A DNA stretch of 64,000 nucleotides from Lama glama (taxonomy: Eukaryota): assembly GCA_028534125.1 (NCBI GenBank), contig CM052841.1, positions 67,394,001 to 67,458,000 on the forward strand, given 5' to 3'. A program made the position numbers and the translations under genes. The notes beneath the pieces are model-generated. The model did not search any database. It was not told the DNA's origin and saw nothing but the letters and a program-made list of their open reading frames with translations. This document shows positions 11,016-23,755 of this stretch, in pieces. Position 1 is the first letter of the stretch. Each line of letters starts with the position of its first letter.

Positions 11016-13279
11016 CATGAGGCTGCCCTCACTGCCCAGCTGCAGTCAGGGACGGAGACCCTGTCCCAACCATAGGTGTTCACTGTGACCCCCAGCCACA
11101 GTCTGAGTGTGGGGGTCCCATCTTGCCTGTGGTCTCAGGGCACCGCTGCTCCTCTGCACCCCTGTGATGGGAGGCCTGGTGCCCCAGGCCCACGGCCCGT
11201 CAGACCCCTTCCTTCTGGGGGTGCCGCCCCTGGTTGTGGAATGGCTGACCTCCCTCTCTGGCTTGGATGCTCAACAGTGCTGTGTGGCCCATGTCCCAGC
11301 CCCACCCTACACCCCGTCTCCAGTCCCAGGGAGGGTGGGGGAGGCCCGCTGTGAGTTTCATGATTGAGCAGAGACTCCAACGGGAAAGTTAGGAGATCTC
11401 AGAGGTCTGCCAGCTTTTAATTTTGTCAAGTAAGGACATTATTTGGAAAAAACAAGTCTGCTGTCTGCTCTCTCCACGAATGCAGACCAGGAGGGCGGTT
11501 TCCCCTATGGCAGGTGGGCGGGCTGGCTGGGTGGGGGTTCTGTGCATGGTCTGCCCTCCCGCAGGGTACCTGGTCCCCTCTGAGGATGTCTCATTAGGCC
11601 TCTCCCCTCAGACCCACAGCACGAGCCGCAGCTGGTACCCCTGGAGCCCTAGGGGTCCCGCTGTCACTGCCCAGGACAGGGAAGGCCCCTGCACTGGGCA
11701 CGGGGCGGGAGCTCAGGTGATGCCTGCTCTCTGGTGAGGCCTGTTTTGTCTCTGGGTGGGAATCTAGGCTCAGAGAAGTTAAGCACTTGCTCTGCAGGAT
11801 GGAGCAGGGTGGACCTGGATCCCCCTTCCCCGGGAGGGCCCCCTCCCCCTGGGGAGCCCCCAGGGCCTAGCCCTGCACCCCCTGCACCGACACCCCTTGT
11901 TCTCAGTTCTAGACATGACCTGGCGCCCACCTCTGAGGCCCCATCCTGCCTGGGAGGGGCTCAGGGTGCCATCCTGTGCCCCCGGCCTGCTCTGGGCCCC
12001 TGGAGGACTCGGAGAGGGTGCTTGCCAGTGGCCAGGGAGAAGGCCTTATCCAAGGGCTCCAGTCTGGGGCTCTTGTCCGGCCTTCCCCACATCCTCTGCC
12101 TCCCCGCTGTGCAGCTCTCCCGGGCCCCCATCCCCCTGGCCCGGGCTCTCACGTCGGAGGGCCGCCTGTGGTATGGAAAGGCAGGGAGCAGGTCCAGGTC
12201 TGCACATGGCAGAAAACCGCTGGGGCCCTGCGGGGTGGAGCCTGGCCATGGCCCTGGCACGCTCGCTGCTGGGGTGCCACCCCGTGCAGACCAGCCTCTA
12301 CTGTGGCTGCCGTCCTGTGTCAGGTGGCATGGGGCGGGGGTGTGCCCACAGGTGACCTGAGCCAGATACGTGGTGTTCAGGGCTGGCAAGTATTCAGGCT
12401 TCTGGTCATCGCTCCTAGAAGGTTCTCAGAGGAGCAGACGGCAGGGGGACGGAGGAGGGGATGCCCTGTAGGACGTGTGCCAGCCCCCTACAGCTCAGGG
12501 ACTTCTGTGTGAAGGTGACTTCGGGGGAGTCTGCGTGCCAGTGCTGGCCCACCCTTCCCCCTGGGGTCTGCGGGGACCCCGACTGCTGCCCTCCCTTGGC
12601 CCCAGGCCCCCTTTCTGCATGCCCGCCTCGTCTGCCCTGCTGGCCTCGTGCCAGTCTGTCGCTGGGCCTCCCACGAGAGCCCTCGGCAGGCCCTGCGTGG
12701 GGCCGGGTTGTTTAGACTGAGCGTCACTGGAGGGCAGATGGTTTCTGTCAGAGGAGGCTCTTTGGAGGAGGCCTTCCCTCACGTGGACGCCGGCTGTCGT
12801 GGTTTCTGGAATGAGGGATTCCTGCATCCGGTGCACCAGCCTTGGTCCCCCCAGGACCCAGAGGGTTCGCCTTCCGAGCCCCACAGGCTGGGACACTGAG
12901 GCCCGCCTGGCTTTCCTGGTCTGTAAGAATGTCCAGGGCGGCACCTCCTGGCTAGACCTTTCTGGAAGGGCCTCTGGTGCACCGCAGTGTTCTGCGCTCC
13001 ACCTCTGTGTCTGGTAGGAAGAAGCAACCCGGCGGGGCTGGCGGAGCCCATCCCGGCCCCACACGCTCTCCCGTGTCTCGGTTCCCTGGTCTGGGACGCG
13101 AAGTCGCCCGGCACTGCCCCCCAGGGCTGCAGTGTGGACCCAGTGGGTCACAACACGGGGCGATTGTCCTGTGTCTGCTGGGACACATGACCACACCCTA
13201 TGTGCCTGTAACAACGGATTTTCCTATCTTATGCTCCTGGAGAAATCAGTATTTCTGGGCCACATCTGGGCACCGGTGC

Positions 13280-13555
13280 TGGCCCCTCCCAGCTCTGGAG
13301 GCCCCCCTGCTCCTTGGCTCCGGGCCCTTCCTGTAACTTCATGGCCGGCAGCATCTTCTCCTTGACCTCAGCCTCCCTCTTGTAAGGACCCTCGTGATGA
13401 CACTGGGCCCACCCACCTCTTCTGGGATAACCTCCCTCCTCAAAACCTGTACCTCGATCGCGTCTGCAGAGCTCCTTTCGCTGTCACTAGTGGTGTATTT
13501 GCTGGCTCTGGGAGTGAGGACGAGGATGTCCTGGGGGGTGTTGTTCCGCCTCCAT
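13280..13555 (-). mobile_element. MLT1-type MaLR LTR fragment just upstream of exon 6
   Basis: cttgtaaggaccctcgtgatgacactgggcccacc...gataacctccctcctcaaaacc...tctgcagagctccttt...gaggacgaggatgtcctggggg is the typical MLT1 reverse pattern. Confidence 0.65.
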
Positions 13556-13626
13556 GGGTAGAGCATGGGGGGCCTGGTCTGGGGCCACGCTCTCCTTGTG
13601 GCGCTCACTGCGTGCCCCTCCCCCAG

Positions 13627-13756
13627 CCCAACGACCCCGTCACCAACATTTGCCAAGCGGCGGACAAGCAGCTGTTCACCTTGGTGGAGTGGGCCAAGCG
13701 GATCCCGCACTTCTCCGAGCTGCCCCTGGACGACCAGGTCATCCTGCTGAGGGCAG
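13627..13756 (+). CDS. RXRA: RXRA exon 6: LBD helices 3-5
   Basis: Acceptor ccctcccccag|, translation [43 protein letters not shown], donor CAG|gtgagt; 130 nt. Confidence 0.98.
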
Positions 13757-14444
13757 GTGAGTGGCGGGCCTGGGGGGCGGGGATGCAGGGACGGGGTTGG
13801 GGCAACCCCTCTCTCCTGCTGTGTGGGGCTGTAGGGGGGAGGGTGCCTGGGGACCCAGGGCCGGGGTCCTGCTCCAGCACTGCCCCCTCCAGCTCAGTTT
13901 CCCTCACCTGCCTCATAGGGGCATAGTAAGTTTGGGGTCTCTGCTGGTGGCCTTCAGAGAGGTAAAGGGCTGTCTGGAGGGGCCGTGGAGAAGGAGGCGT
14001 GTGCAGCAGGGGCTGCCCTTAGGGGTCTGTGTGTTCTGCCTCCTCCCCTTTCCTGGCCTGTGCTTGTGACACACATCTCCCGAGACTGAGCGGGGCCCCA
14101 CGGGGGTGCCGGGCCGCTGTGGGGAGCGTCCACTTTGGGCGTGGGGTCAGGCCTGAGTCCCAGAAGTGGTCATGACGGACGTGCCGAGGGGAAGCCGGTG
14201 CCCGCTGTGAGGCTGGGATCCAGGGTGCAAGTTCCTGCCGGAGGGACAGCAGGGACGGATGAGCTGGGAGGCGCGGGGAGAGGGCTGCAGCCCCCTCAGC
14301 AGCCGCCTCCTGACCAGCGTGCCCCAGGCCTGTGCTGGGGGGCAGCCCAGCCCTGAAGAGCTTTCACTCTAAAACCCAGCACCCAGAGCCATCAGGGGAG
14401 GCTGTCGAAGAGGCGCTGGGGTCTCTTCCCGATTCTCTGACGGG

Positions 14445-14570
14445 GCAACCCCTTCCTCTCCCTGGGCCTCAGTTTTCCCCTCTGTAAAATGAGGCAGGTA
14501 CTTGCTTTGTCGGGTTGAGTCAGGATTAGGTGGGATGATCCACATGATACTGTCTGTCAGCCATGGAGCC
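14445..14570. mobile_element. MIR SINE fragment
   Basis: cctctccctgggcctcagttttcccctctgtaaaatgagg...aggattaggtgggatgat. Confidence 0.75.
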
Positions 14571-15266
14571 TGGACCCTTTGGAGCCCTCGGGAGTGGTGG
14601 CCGTGACAGTCACTAGTGGTGTCCTTAGGGGAGATGGTTCACGTGCTCCAGTTCACAGCAGCATTGAAGCGTCTGAGCACGGAGTTGTTCCCCTCCCTGC
14701 TCCCAGCCCTCATACCCACTCTGGTCTGTGCACGCCAGGGCCTCACTTACAGGGAGCGTGAGTTGGCCTGTGGCTCCAAGATGCCTTTTTTCAGTTTAAT
14801 AACTTCCTGTTTTGTGGCATTCACGCAGCACGTGCCGATCTTTGGGAGTTTGCCATTGGGACCAGACTGGTGGCAGCTGCTGTGCGGCTGCCCAGAAAGG
14901 GTCGTGGGACCTCCCTCTCGCTCTGTGGCACAAGCGTCTTGCATTTGCAGACAGAGACTTCCCCGGCACCCGAGTTTGGGAGGGCTGGGGTTCAACTGCG
15001 CTTCAGGAGATGCTCTGCACAGGACTCCTCAGGGCCTTTGTTGTGCCCATGCGCACTGTAGAGGCACCTCCCAGGCGCCAGTGCTCGGGAACCTCCTTTC
15101 TGTGGAATGTTCATGGGGTTGGGGTTCCCTGGATTCCTGGCTTGGGTTCCCAGAGGGATGGGTGTGTGAGAGCCGCCTTTGGAGGTCTGAACTGGGGTTG
15201 GGGGCTGGGGGCTGGGTGGCTGGGGGCCTGGAGACAGCGGTGACCGCGTGCACCTCCTCCCCGCAG

Positions 15267-15399
15267 GCTGGAACGAGCTGCTCATCGCATCCTTCTCCCA
15301 CCGCTCCATAGCCGTGAAGGACGGTATCCTCCTGGCCACCGGGCTGCACGTCCACCGCAACAGCGCCCACAGCGCGGGCGTGGGCGCCATCTTTGACAG
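15267..15399 (+). CDS. RXRA: RXRA exon 7: LBD
   Basis: Acceptor cctccccgcag|, translation [45 protein letters not shown], donor CAG|gtgccc; 133 nt. Confidence 0.97.
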
Positions 15400-16622
15400 G
15401 TGCCCGGTGTCCGTCCTGTTCCTGAAGGTTTTGCACGTGGACCATGGGGGGACCCGACAGCCACAGTTAGCATTTTGGTTTATTCCCCGCCCATTCCCTC
15501 TTTAAACCCTGCATGTGGGGAGGAAGGCTGCACTGTTTCTAAAGCGAAGGTAGATTACGCCGTGGATACAGTTTCACGGTGGCTGTCACATCAGCCACGA
15601 CAGGGCCTCTTCTGAGCCGGGACTAGCACACACCTCTGTGCGCCGCTGCCGCTTCTCAGCTCACACCCGGAGGCCTGGGGCTGGTCGGCGGGCGGGCGTG
15701 GCCTTCAGGTGCTCTCGGAAGCACAGCCCGTCGGCTGCACCAGGCCAGGCGGCCAGGAGCTGCCCGTTCCTGTCTCCGGCTGGTCTTGTCTGGGAGCCCA
15801 GAGGGCCTGGGGCCCCTGGGGACCTGGGCGTCGGCGCAGCCAGCCGGCGCGGGCCCCTCGGAGGGGGGCTGCTGCCCAGGAGTGGCGAGGGGGAAGGAGC
15901 AGGCCGGGGAGGAGGTGGAGGGACGGGTCCCCTGCCGGCACCCCCTGGGGGTAAGTGTGGGAGCTGTGCCGCCCCTCTGACTTCCACGCGCCGCGTACTG
16001 CGGGCGGGCGCTGGTGCAGACAGTGTGTAGACGTCTTTGCTGCAGGACGTTTCAGGGCCTTTAGTAAACGCAAGTGCAGGGGCGCCACCCAAGGGGGCTG
16101 TGGGGGGCAGCGTTCATTGCCCACAGAGCTTCCTGTGGGGAGCGTGTCCCTCTGGGGGGGTGTCTTCAAGCTCAGCCCCAGCCATGCAGCAGCCGGCCGT
16201 CCAGGGGTCCCAGATGCTGGGAGGCGACGGTGAAGGGCATGTGATGAGTGGCCGGTGGTGGGAAGTGGAGCAACCAGGAGGAGCCAGGAGCCAGGGAGAC
16301 GGCCTCCCATGGGCTCGAGGTGGCGGTCGGAATGGGGGCAGCAGGGCCAGACCGTGCCTGGTCTGCAGCTGAGCTCTGGCTCGCCTCAGACGAAGGTCCT
16401 CCTTCGTCCCCAGGTTCCCAGAGTAAAGTCCCACGTGCAGACCCTTTCTGGTGAGGGGAGAGGCACTCACCCTGGGACTGGGACCGGACAGGTTGTGCGT
16501 GGAGACCGTCGGCCCGTCTCAGCTGCCCTCCAGGCCCACGTCGGGCTCCCGGAGTCCTTCGGGGGTTTCTGGGGGGCCCTGGGGGACACAGCCTGACTTG
16601 GATCTGGCCGCTTCCCCCTCAG

Positions 16623-16714
16623 GGTGCTGACGGAGCTTGTGTCCAAGATGCGGGACATGCAGATGGACAAGACGGAGCTGGGCTGCCTGCGCGCCATCGT
16701 CCTCTTCAACCCCG
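16623..16714 (+). CDS. RXRA: RXRA exon 8: LBD
   Basis: Acceptor cttccccctcag|, translation [30 protein letters not shown], donor CCG|gtactg; 92 nt. Confidence 0.97.
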
Positions 16715-18266
16715 GTACTGCCTTCCCGCTGCCCGCTGGTGCTGCTGTGTTGGCGAGCCGCCCCCCCCCCGGCCTCCATGTCGCTCTTAGGATGGGGGTG
16801 CAGCCGTGCCGCCTTCTCGAGGCCCTTGTGAGGGTCCAGCACGGCTCAGTTGGCCAAGCTCATCCTCCGTGGTTCGGGATGCCTCTGGCAAGGCCTTCTG
16901 GTCACTGTCCAAAGCGTGGCACCACCTGGCCCAGAATCCGGGCTCCAGGAGAGGCAGCCTCTTCATGCGCCTCCACGGCTGACGTTCTGGACCCCGGATG
17001 GTCTGGGGCTGGACCGGGACACGGGGCAGGTTCAGGGCTGCTGCGGGCTTCTGGGGGGAAGTGCAGGGAACCAAGCAGGCGGTGGTGAGGGTGGGACAGC
17101 CCCAGGGTTCGCGGGCCCTGACCTCCTTGCTCTCCATTGGCTCCAGCACTGAGGGGCCGGCTGGGGTGGAGACGCGGCCCCCTCGTGGGGACAGCTGTTC
17201 CCAGGGGCGTTTGTTCACAGGGTTTGTGCTCTGGCGTGTGACCCTGCCAGGATGGGAAGCTGAGCTGTGAGCCCTGGCCTGGCCCGGCGGGATCCCTGTT
17301 GGAATCCTATGTGGCTTGGCCGCGGGCGCTGGTTCTCCTGTTGGGGCCTGGGTTTGGGGCCGCTGGGGACAGAAGGGAGACGGCCACAGCGGGCACAGCC
17401 CCAGGGCCCGGGGAGCCTGGCTGTGGAGAGCAGCTGCGCGGTGCCCCTGCTGGGATGTCAGAGGGCCAGGCAGGCCGGGGCAGGGCCCCCGGGCTGGGGC
17501 TCAGAGACGCCTTCGCAGCTGGCCTGCCCCACGGCCCAGCCCCCAGGGGGCTGCAGCACTTGCCGGCCAGCGGCAGGTGGCCCCCCTGCCATCAGGATGG
17601 ACCACGCCCGGCTGGGGCCAGACTCCTCTGCGGGAGCCCGAATCCTGATTCCCGTGGTGGCTGTTGTGGGGCAGGGGGCAGAGAGAAAAGTCGGTCCGGC
17701 GTTGGCTTGTAGGGGAACCACGGGAGACGAAGAGAAGGCTCAGCAAAGCTTTACCTGGCTGGGGGCTCTGCCTGCTCCAGGGCGGCCTGTGACAGCCCGC
17801 CGAGGTGACCTGGGGACAGCCTGCGGTCCTCAGTCCTCAGTCCTGGGCCTTGGAGGTTTTTTGGCCCTCGTCCCAGGCATCCCTGTCCACCAGCGGAGCC
17901 CCTTCCACACTGGGACCCACCCCCAGGGTCCCAGAGCTGAAGATGGCTTGAGGCCCCCCTGCAGCGTGGGTCCGGCTATTTCAAGGAGAGGCTTTGGAAC
18001 CTTCATCCAGCTCAGAGGGGCTGGGAGCCAGTGCAGCAGAGGCCTCAGGCGTCAGCCCAGTCTCCATGGCAGCAAGGAGCGGTCAGGGCAGCAGTCCCAC
18101 TTTACAGATTGGGCAGCTGAGTGACAGGAGGTCAGGGGACTGGCCTTAGGTCGTGGCAGGGCTGGGGCTCAAGCACAGGGCACGATGTCTGGGCAGGATC
18201 TGTGGGTCCCAGGGGCAGCCCCCTTCCCGGGGACAAGCTCTGACCTGAGGCCCTGCTCCCTCCCAG

Positions 18267-18372
18267 ACTCCAAGGGGCTCTCGAACCCGGCCGAGGTGGA
18301 GGCGCTCCGTGAGAAGGTCTACGCGTCCCTGGAGGCGTACTGCAAACACAAGTACCCGGAGCAGCCGGGAAG
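18267..18372 (+). CDS. RXRA: RXRA exon 9: LBD
   Basis: Acceptor ctccctcccag|, translation [36 protein letters not shown], donor AAG|gtgaga; 106 nt. Confidence 0.98.
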
Positions 18373-19972
18373 GTGAGACCTGGGCGCAGCCTCTGCCCGG
18401 ACGGACCTCCAGGGCTCTTTCCAGACCCCCTGCCCAGGGCAGGACCACCACCTGCCCGCTGGGCACTTCTGTGAATTAGAAGTTGGCACCCCTCCTCCAT
18501 CGAGGGCAGGAGTCAAGGCGCTCTCCTGGCCCGAGCACTATGCTCTCACGTTGTCCTGTGGCTCCAGCAGAGGTGGGCCTGGTGCCAGCACACAGTAGGT
18601 GCTTGTCTCTGTGGAGCCCATGAACAAAGGCAGTGCTTTCCACCTCTCGCCAAAGGGAACTGCTGGAGGCAGGGCCTTAGCGCGCTCGCCCAGCAGGGAT
18701 GGACGCCAGCACGTAGTAGGTGCTTTACAAACTCACGCACAGTCTGAGTGCAGAGCTTGGCTCTCTTGCCTGGCGGACTGTGGGCCCCAGAAGGGCTGGA
18801 ATTGTCTCATTTCCGGGTCCACGGTGCCGGACGCACAGTGGGGGTCCAAGAGAAGGGAGAACATGAGTGGCTTCCTGGCATTCTGCATCTGTAGTCCTGA
18901 TTCTCCCCCCTCCAAGGGGCACCTTCTGGGACGGGGTGGGGGCCTCTGAGACCAGGCCTCCTCCTTCCCCTGCCCACCCTGCCGACTGGCGCACACATGG
19001 TTAACCGTGTCCTGCTTCTGCTCAGCCTCATCTGGTTTGGTTTAAATGAAACTTCCCGGAGGAGGAGGACAGAGGGGCAGCAGGCCCTCCTGTTTTTCCT
19101 GGCTTCCTGGCCCAGCCCGTCTCGCCAGCTCAGCAGAAAACAGCTTGTTCTCTGGCCTCGGTCCAGCTTCTAAGCTGCATTTTTGCCTTTAAAACGCAGG
19201 CTGTGTTGCAGCCAAGCCCGGAGCTTCCCCCCCGAAATACAGACATTGTTAATAATTAATAGGGCCCCGCAGCTCCGGAGGGTCCTCGGTGGCAGAATAG
19301 CGGAGTACCCCCAGCTGTCTTCCCCCTTCCCTGCCCCACCAGAGTTCTCACCAGCAACTTCGGGGCATGGGGAGGGGCGGGGAGCCGGCCAGCAGGGCCT
19401 GAGGAGCCCCCTCCCTCCCTCCCTCCCGCCCCGCCCCCCGGGCACCAGGTGCCCCTGGCTCAGCTTTAGCATGGCTCTTTCTGGGCGGTGGGTGCTGATG
19501 GTGGGCACCCTGGAGGTCAGAGCTGTCTAAGAAGGGCCTGCTGGAGCCCAGACCTGATCCAAGCTCAGGGGTTTCTCCACCTTCGTTCCCCGCTGCAGCC
19601 AGAGGCAGCGCTGATCCTCAGGCCCCTTCTTGTAGCCCCCCTCCCTGCTTAAAGCCCTGCTGTGGTTCCCTCTCGCCCCTGGAGGAAGCCCCACGAAGCC
19701 CTGTTCAGCCTGCTCCCGCCTGGCTGCTGTCTTGCCTCTGGCCCTTCATCCCCAGTCTCCACCCTTGGGGTCTCCTTGCAGGGTCTTTGCACCCACCCTG
19801 CACTCTTCCGCCTCCAGGCACTGGCCTGCTGTTTCCTCTGCCTGAGAGATTCCCCCTTCCCTGCCAAGGCTCGGCTCAGGCAGGGGGACTGGGCAATGAG
19901 GTGGTCCCTTCCCGGGACCGGGCGTGGGGTGGGGGGCCTCGCCGGCCCCTCACGCCGGCTCCTCTTCCGCAG

Positions 19973-20120
19973 GTTTGCCAAGCTCCTGCTGCGCCTGCCG
20001 GCCCTGCGCTCCATCGGCCTCAAGTGCCTGGAACATCTCTTCTTCTTCAAACTCATTGGGGACACGCCCATCGACACCTTCCTCATGGAGATGCTGGAAG
20101 CCCCGCACCAAATGACTTAG
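19973..20120 (+). CDS. RXRA: RXRA exon 10 coding part: dimerisation helix 10/11, AF-2 helix 12, stop TAG
   Basis: Acceptor cctcttccgcag|, translation [51 protein letters not shown] at 20118-20120. Confidence 0.98.
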
Positions 20121-23100
20121 GCCCGCCGGCCGTCCTTCGCGCCCACTGGTCCGGCCGCCCCGCCTGGCTGCCAGCTGCCCTTCCCGGCCGAGCCCCGTCC
20201 CACCCCTTCTCCGCCTGGCTGTTGGCCTCGGGGGTGCGGCCTGCCATCGCAAAGCCTCAGAGACGTGCTGCACCCTCCTTGTTCTCAGTACTCCTCGTCC
20301 GCACCGGGGCAGCAGCCGGAGTGGCAGGAGCTGGCGTGAGCCCGGCCAGGCCCGCCAGGCTGTCCCCCGGGAGCCCGGGCGGCTCGCGGGGCCTCAGGCC
20401 CTCGCCACTGGAGCTGCAGCGGTCGGAGGGCGGCTCGTTCGGGCACAGTCAGTTGTTGCTGGTTTTGGAAATCTCCCATGAGCCCTACTGTGTGTGCTGG
20501 TGTCGGCCCCACCAAGGCTGGGAGAAGGGAACAGGTGGCAAGGGGACGGGGCGGGGGCTGGTGTTTCATTGCAGAAGACCCCACCTGCCCCCCGGGAAGA
20601 TGGGAGGGCTCGGGGCAGGCAGCCTTGCCTTCTGTCAGCGTGGAGGGTGAGCGGCCCCTTTTTCCAAAGATGACTTTTGACTTTGCCCCTGAGCCAGCCA
20701 GAACGGGAGCTGACCTCTGTGCGGGGTTTTGGGGCCGCCTCAAGGCTGCAGGCAGGGGTCATCCACCTGCCCCACCTCAGTTTTCTCTTTGCATCATCCT
20801 GGTTTCAGCTTCTTCCCCAGTGTGCCCCTGTCCAGCCAGGGTAACCAGACCGCATGGCCCCAGCCCCTGCCCAACCCTGGACCCGTTAGTCTGCGGAGGG
20901 CAGGCCCGGTCTCTGGCTTCCTGGAAGCAGCAGGGGCCCATCCCAGTGTGGGCTCTGCTCACCTCTTAAGGGCAGAGGTCACCACCCAGGAGGCCTGCGG
21001 GCATGTGGTGGGAGGAGGGTCACTGCCCAGAGGGTCTTTGGTCAGCCCTGCACAGGGAGGAGGCGGGCAGCGTGGGCACGGGGCCAGGTGGTGGAGGGGC
21101 GGGCCACATGCTGGAGCTTTCTGGGCAGAGTCCCCTTTGCTGGCTGCTCTGTCCTGAAGAGTCTTGGAATCAGGTGCCAGCATCCTCGGGCCGGGGCTGG
21201 ACACCCCTTGGGGACGGCCAGCCCTGTGGTCGTCTTGTTGGGGTGACGGAGCCCTGTCTGGGGGCCCCATCGACTGCCCCACGCAGCCCCGCGCCCGGCC
21301 CTGCACGTTTCACCCCCGCAGGCAGGCGCTTTGCCCCCGGGGCGGGGCGCTCTCAGGTGGAACCAGCCTCCTCTGCACTGTAAGCCCTCCCTCTGGTCTG
21401 AGTACTTCGCATTTTCACGCCTCACTCCCCGTGAGCCGGGCCTTTGTCAGAAGTGGGGGCCTGAGCTGGGTCGGCAGGGTGGGGTCCCGTCTTAGCCCCC
21501 CAGGGGATGCTGTGTCACGCCTGTCTTCCCTCCTGCTGCCCCCAACAGGAGCCCGGGAACAGGGCTGGAGGGCGGGGTTGGAGCTGCCTGCCCCCAGGTC
21601 TGTCTCCCCAGGTGGTGCGGGGGTGCCCCTGGCGGGGCCTTACTGGCCCCAGGCCTCCATGGGGCAGGAAGTGTCCATTCTTTGCCTTCCAGAGTCTGGC
21701 CCCAGCTGAGCGTGGGGCACCGTGGCAGAAGGTACGGGGGATACCGCAAACACCTCCTTCCTCTGGCACCCCGCCCTAATAGGCAGGAGAGGCGGTGGCT
21801 GCCACACGGGGAGTCCCTGTGCACCATTTGAGGCAGAGATGGGCGTGCCGGGGCCTGCCCATTGTCTCTCCTCCCAGACTGCCCCTGGACGTCTCGGCAG
21901 CCCTTGGGGGCTTGGTTGTATCAGGCAGAGTGATGCAGGCACCCTTGGGGGTCCCCCTGCTTGTGGGAACGCTGGGCTGCCCCACCCCCGACACCCCTGG
22001 TGCCTTCTGCAGCCAGATGCACCCCGCCACCCACGCCCGGCCCCCCCACCCCGCTTCCCTGGGCCCCTCAGAAACAGGACCGTGGTGGCTCCCATGGAGA
22101 AACCCAGGGTGGGGCCCTCTAGGTGGAGGTCGGCCTCCGGCTGGCTGCCAGCAAAGCAGCGAGGCCCCCGGGACAGCCCCTCCCCCAGCCAGAGCTCCCA
22201 GCCCCTCCGGCCGCTCGGTGTCTTGGGCTCCTGGGGCCACCCTTTCCTCCCTCGTCAGCCCGCTGTCACCCTTGCTGTCCCTGCAGTGCTGTTGGAGAGG
22301 TGATGTGGGGAGGCTGCACGCTGCTCGGTAGAGGCAGCGTTTCTGTTTAACCAGACCTGCAGCAGTGTCACCAATCTGGTTCAGTTACGGTGATTTTTTT
22401 GTAATTATTATTATTTTTATTATTGTTTCGGTGGGACAATCTTTAATTTTCTAAAGATAGCACTAACATCAGCGTGCTAGCCGTCCTGTGCCCATCCCGC
22501 CTTGCCTGCCGGCGTCACCTCCCGCGCTGACATCAGACGGGGCTCCCGCAGCTGTGGAGCGAAGATGACCGCGTCCTGTGGGGGAAGGCGTCGGCTGAGC
22601 CAGGCTCGGGCTCGTCCCGCGTCAGGGATCTCCTGGGAAGCCGGCCTGCCTGGGGGCCGCCACCGAGAGGCTCCCGTGTCCGAGATGGCCCTCGTCACCT
22701 GGGGGAAGACAGCTCCACGCCCTCGGCTTTCCAAGTCTCGGAGTCCCCAAAGGATTCGGGCTGTCAGGCCGGTAGCAAGAGCTGGAGACCACGCCGGAGC
22801 CCCCTTCTCTGCGGGGCTCCCGGGAGGGCCTGGCTGGGGCGCGCGGCCGGTGTCATCAGCTGATGATGTCCCCATCACGGAATGAGGGCGCGTGGCCTGT
22901 CCCTGCCCACGCAGGTGTGTGGTGTGAAGCGTGTGTGCTATACAGGGAGCCTGTGTGCACAGACCCGCACACCATCCATACAGTACATGCTGAGCAGTTT
23001 CCAGCATTTCTGTGTTCATTTTTAATTAAGATTTCCCCCCGTTTTCCTATAAATTTCCTTAATGTAAGCAAGTACATAAGGACCCTTCCTTTGGTGAAAT

Positions 23101-23755
23101 CCGGGTTCGAATGAATATCTCAAGGCAAGGACGTGCATCTATTTTAAGATGCTTTGGAGCCAGCAGCTTTAGCAGTTCCCAGCCCTCAGCAGCGCCTTAG
23201 CCAGGATGTGTAGCTCACACTCTAGAGAGGAGGCCAGACAGAGAAGAGAGGTGTGTAAAGCATCGGGAAAGGTAGAAAAAAAATCTATTTTTGTACAAAT
23301 GTAATTTTATCCCTCATGTGTACTTGGAGGGTGTGACGGGGGGCTTGTTTTGTTTCTGCTGTTAGAGATGGAGGTGGAGGCTTTCTCCGCGGATGTCTCG
23401 ACAGGAGACGCAGCAGAGAGAGGGGCTCCTGGGACTCAGGCTTCGTACGAAACCTCTGCGCATGGGTCTTCTCCCGCTGGGGCGGAGGGTGGGCCTGAAG
23501 CTTTCAAGGGTTTTCTTCCCCTTTCGAGTAGTTTTTACGCCTCGCTCTGTTCTGTCCCTGTTGCCAGCTGGCCTTCCCGCGACTCTGACTGTGAAATTAC
23601 TTCCCTACGTGATTGTTCTCAAAACGTCGCGGCCGCAGGTGCCGGGGATTGACGAACAATGGTGGTAGAATTGTGGAAAAGGGAAACGCAGAGAAAAACG
23701 TGAGAGGAGAAACGAGCAAAACACGAGTGTTTAAAAACACACCCGTTCAGTTCGC
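20121..23755 (+). other. RXRA: RXRA 3' UTR (end approximate)
   Basis: Follows the stop codon. AU-rich conserved-looking blocks lie at ~22380-22470, ~22970-23170 and ~23255-23330. The stretch ending ...tttaaaaacacacccgttcagttcg resembles the recalled human RXRA mRNA end. Confidence 0.65.
23588..23595 (+). promoter_or_regulatory. miR-27 8mer seed match in RXRA 3' UTR
   Basis: ACTGTGAA seen directly; RXRA is a reported miR-27a/b target. Confidence 0.6.
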
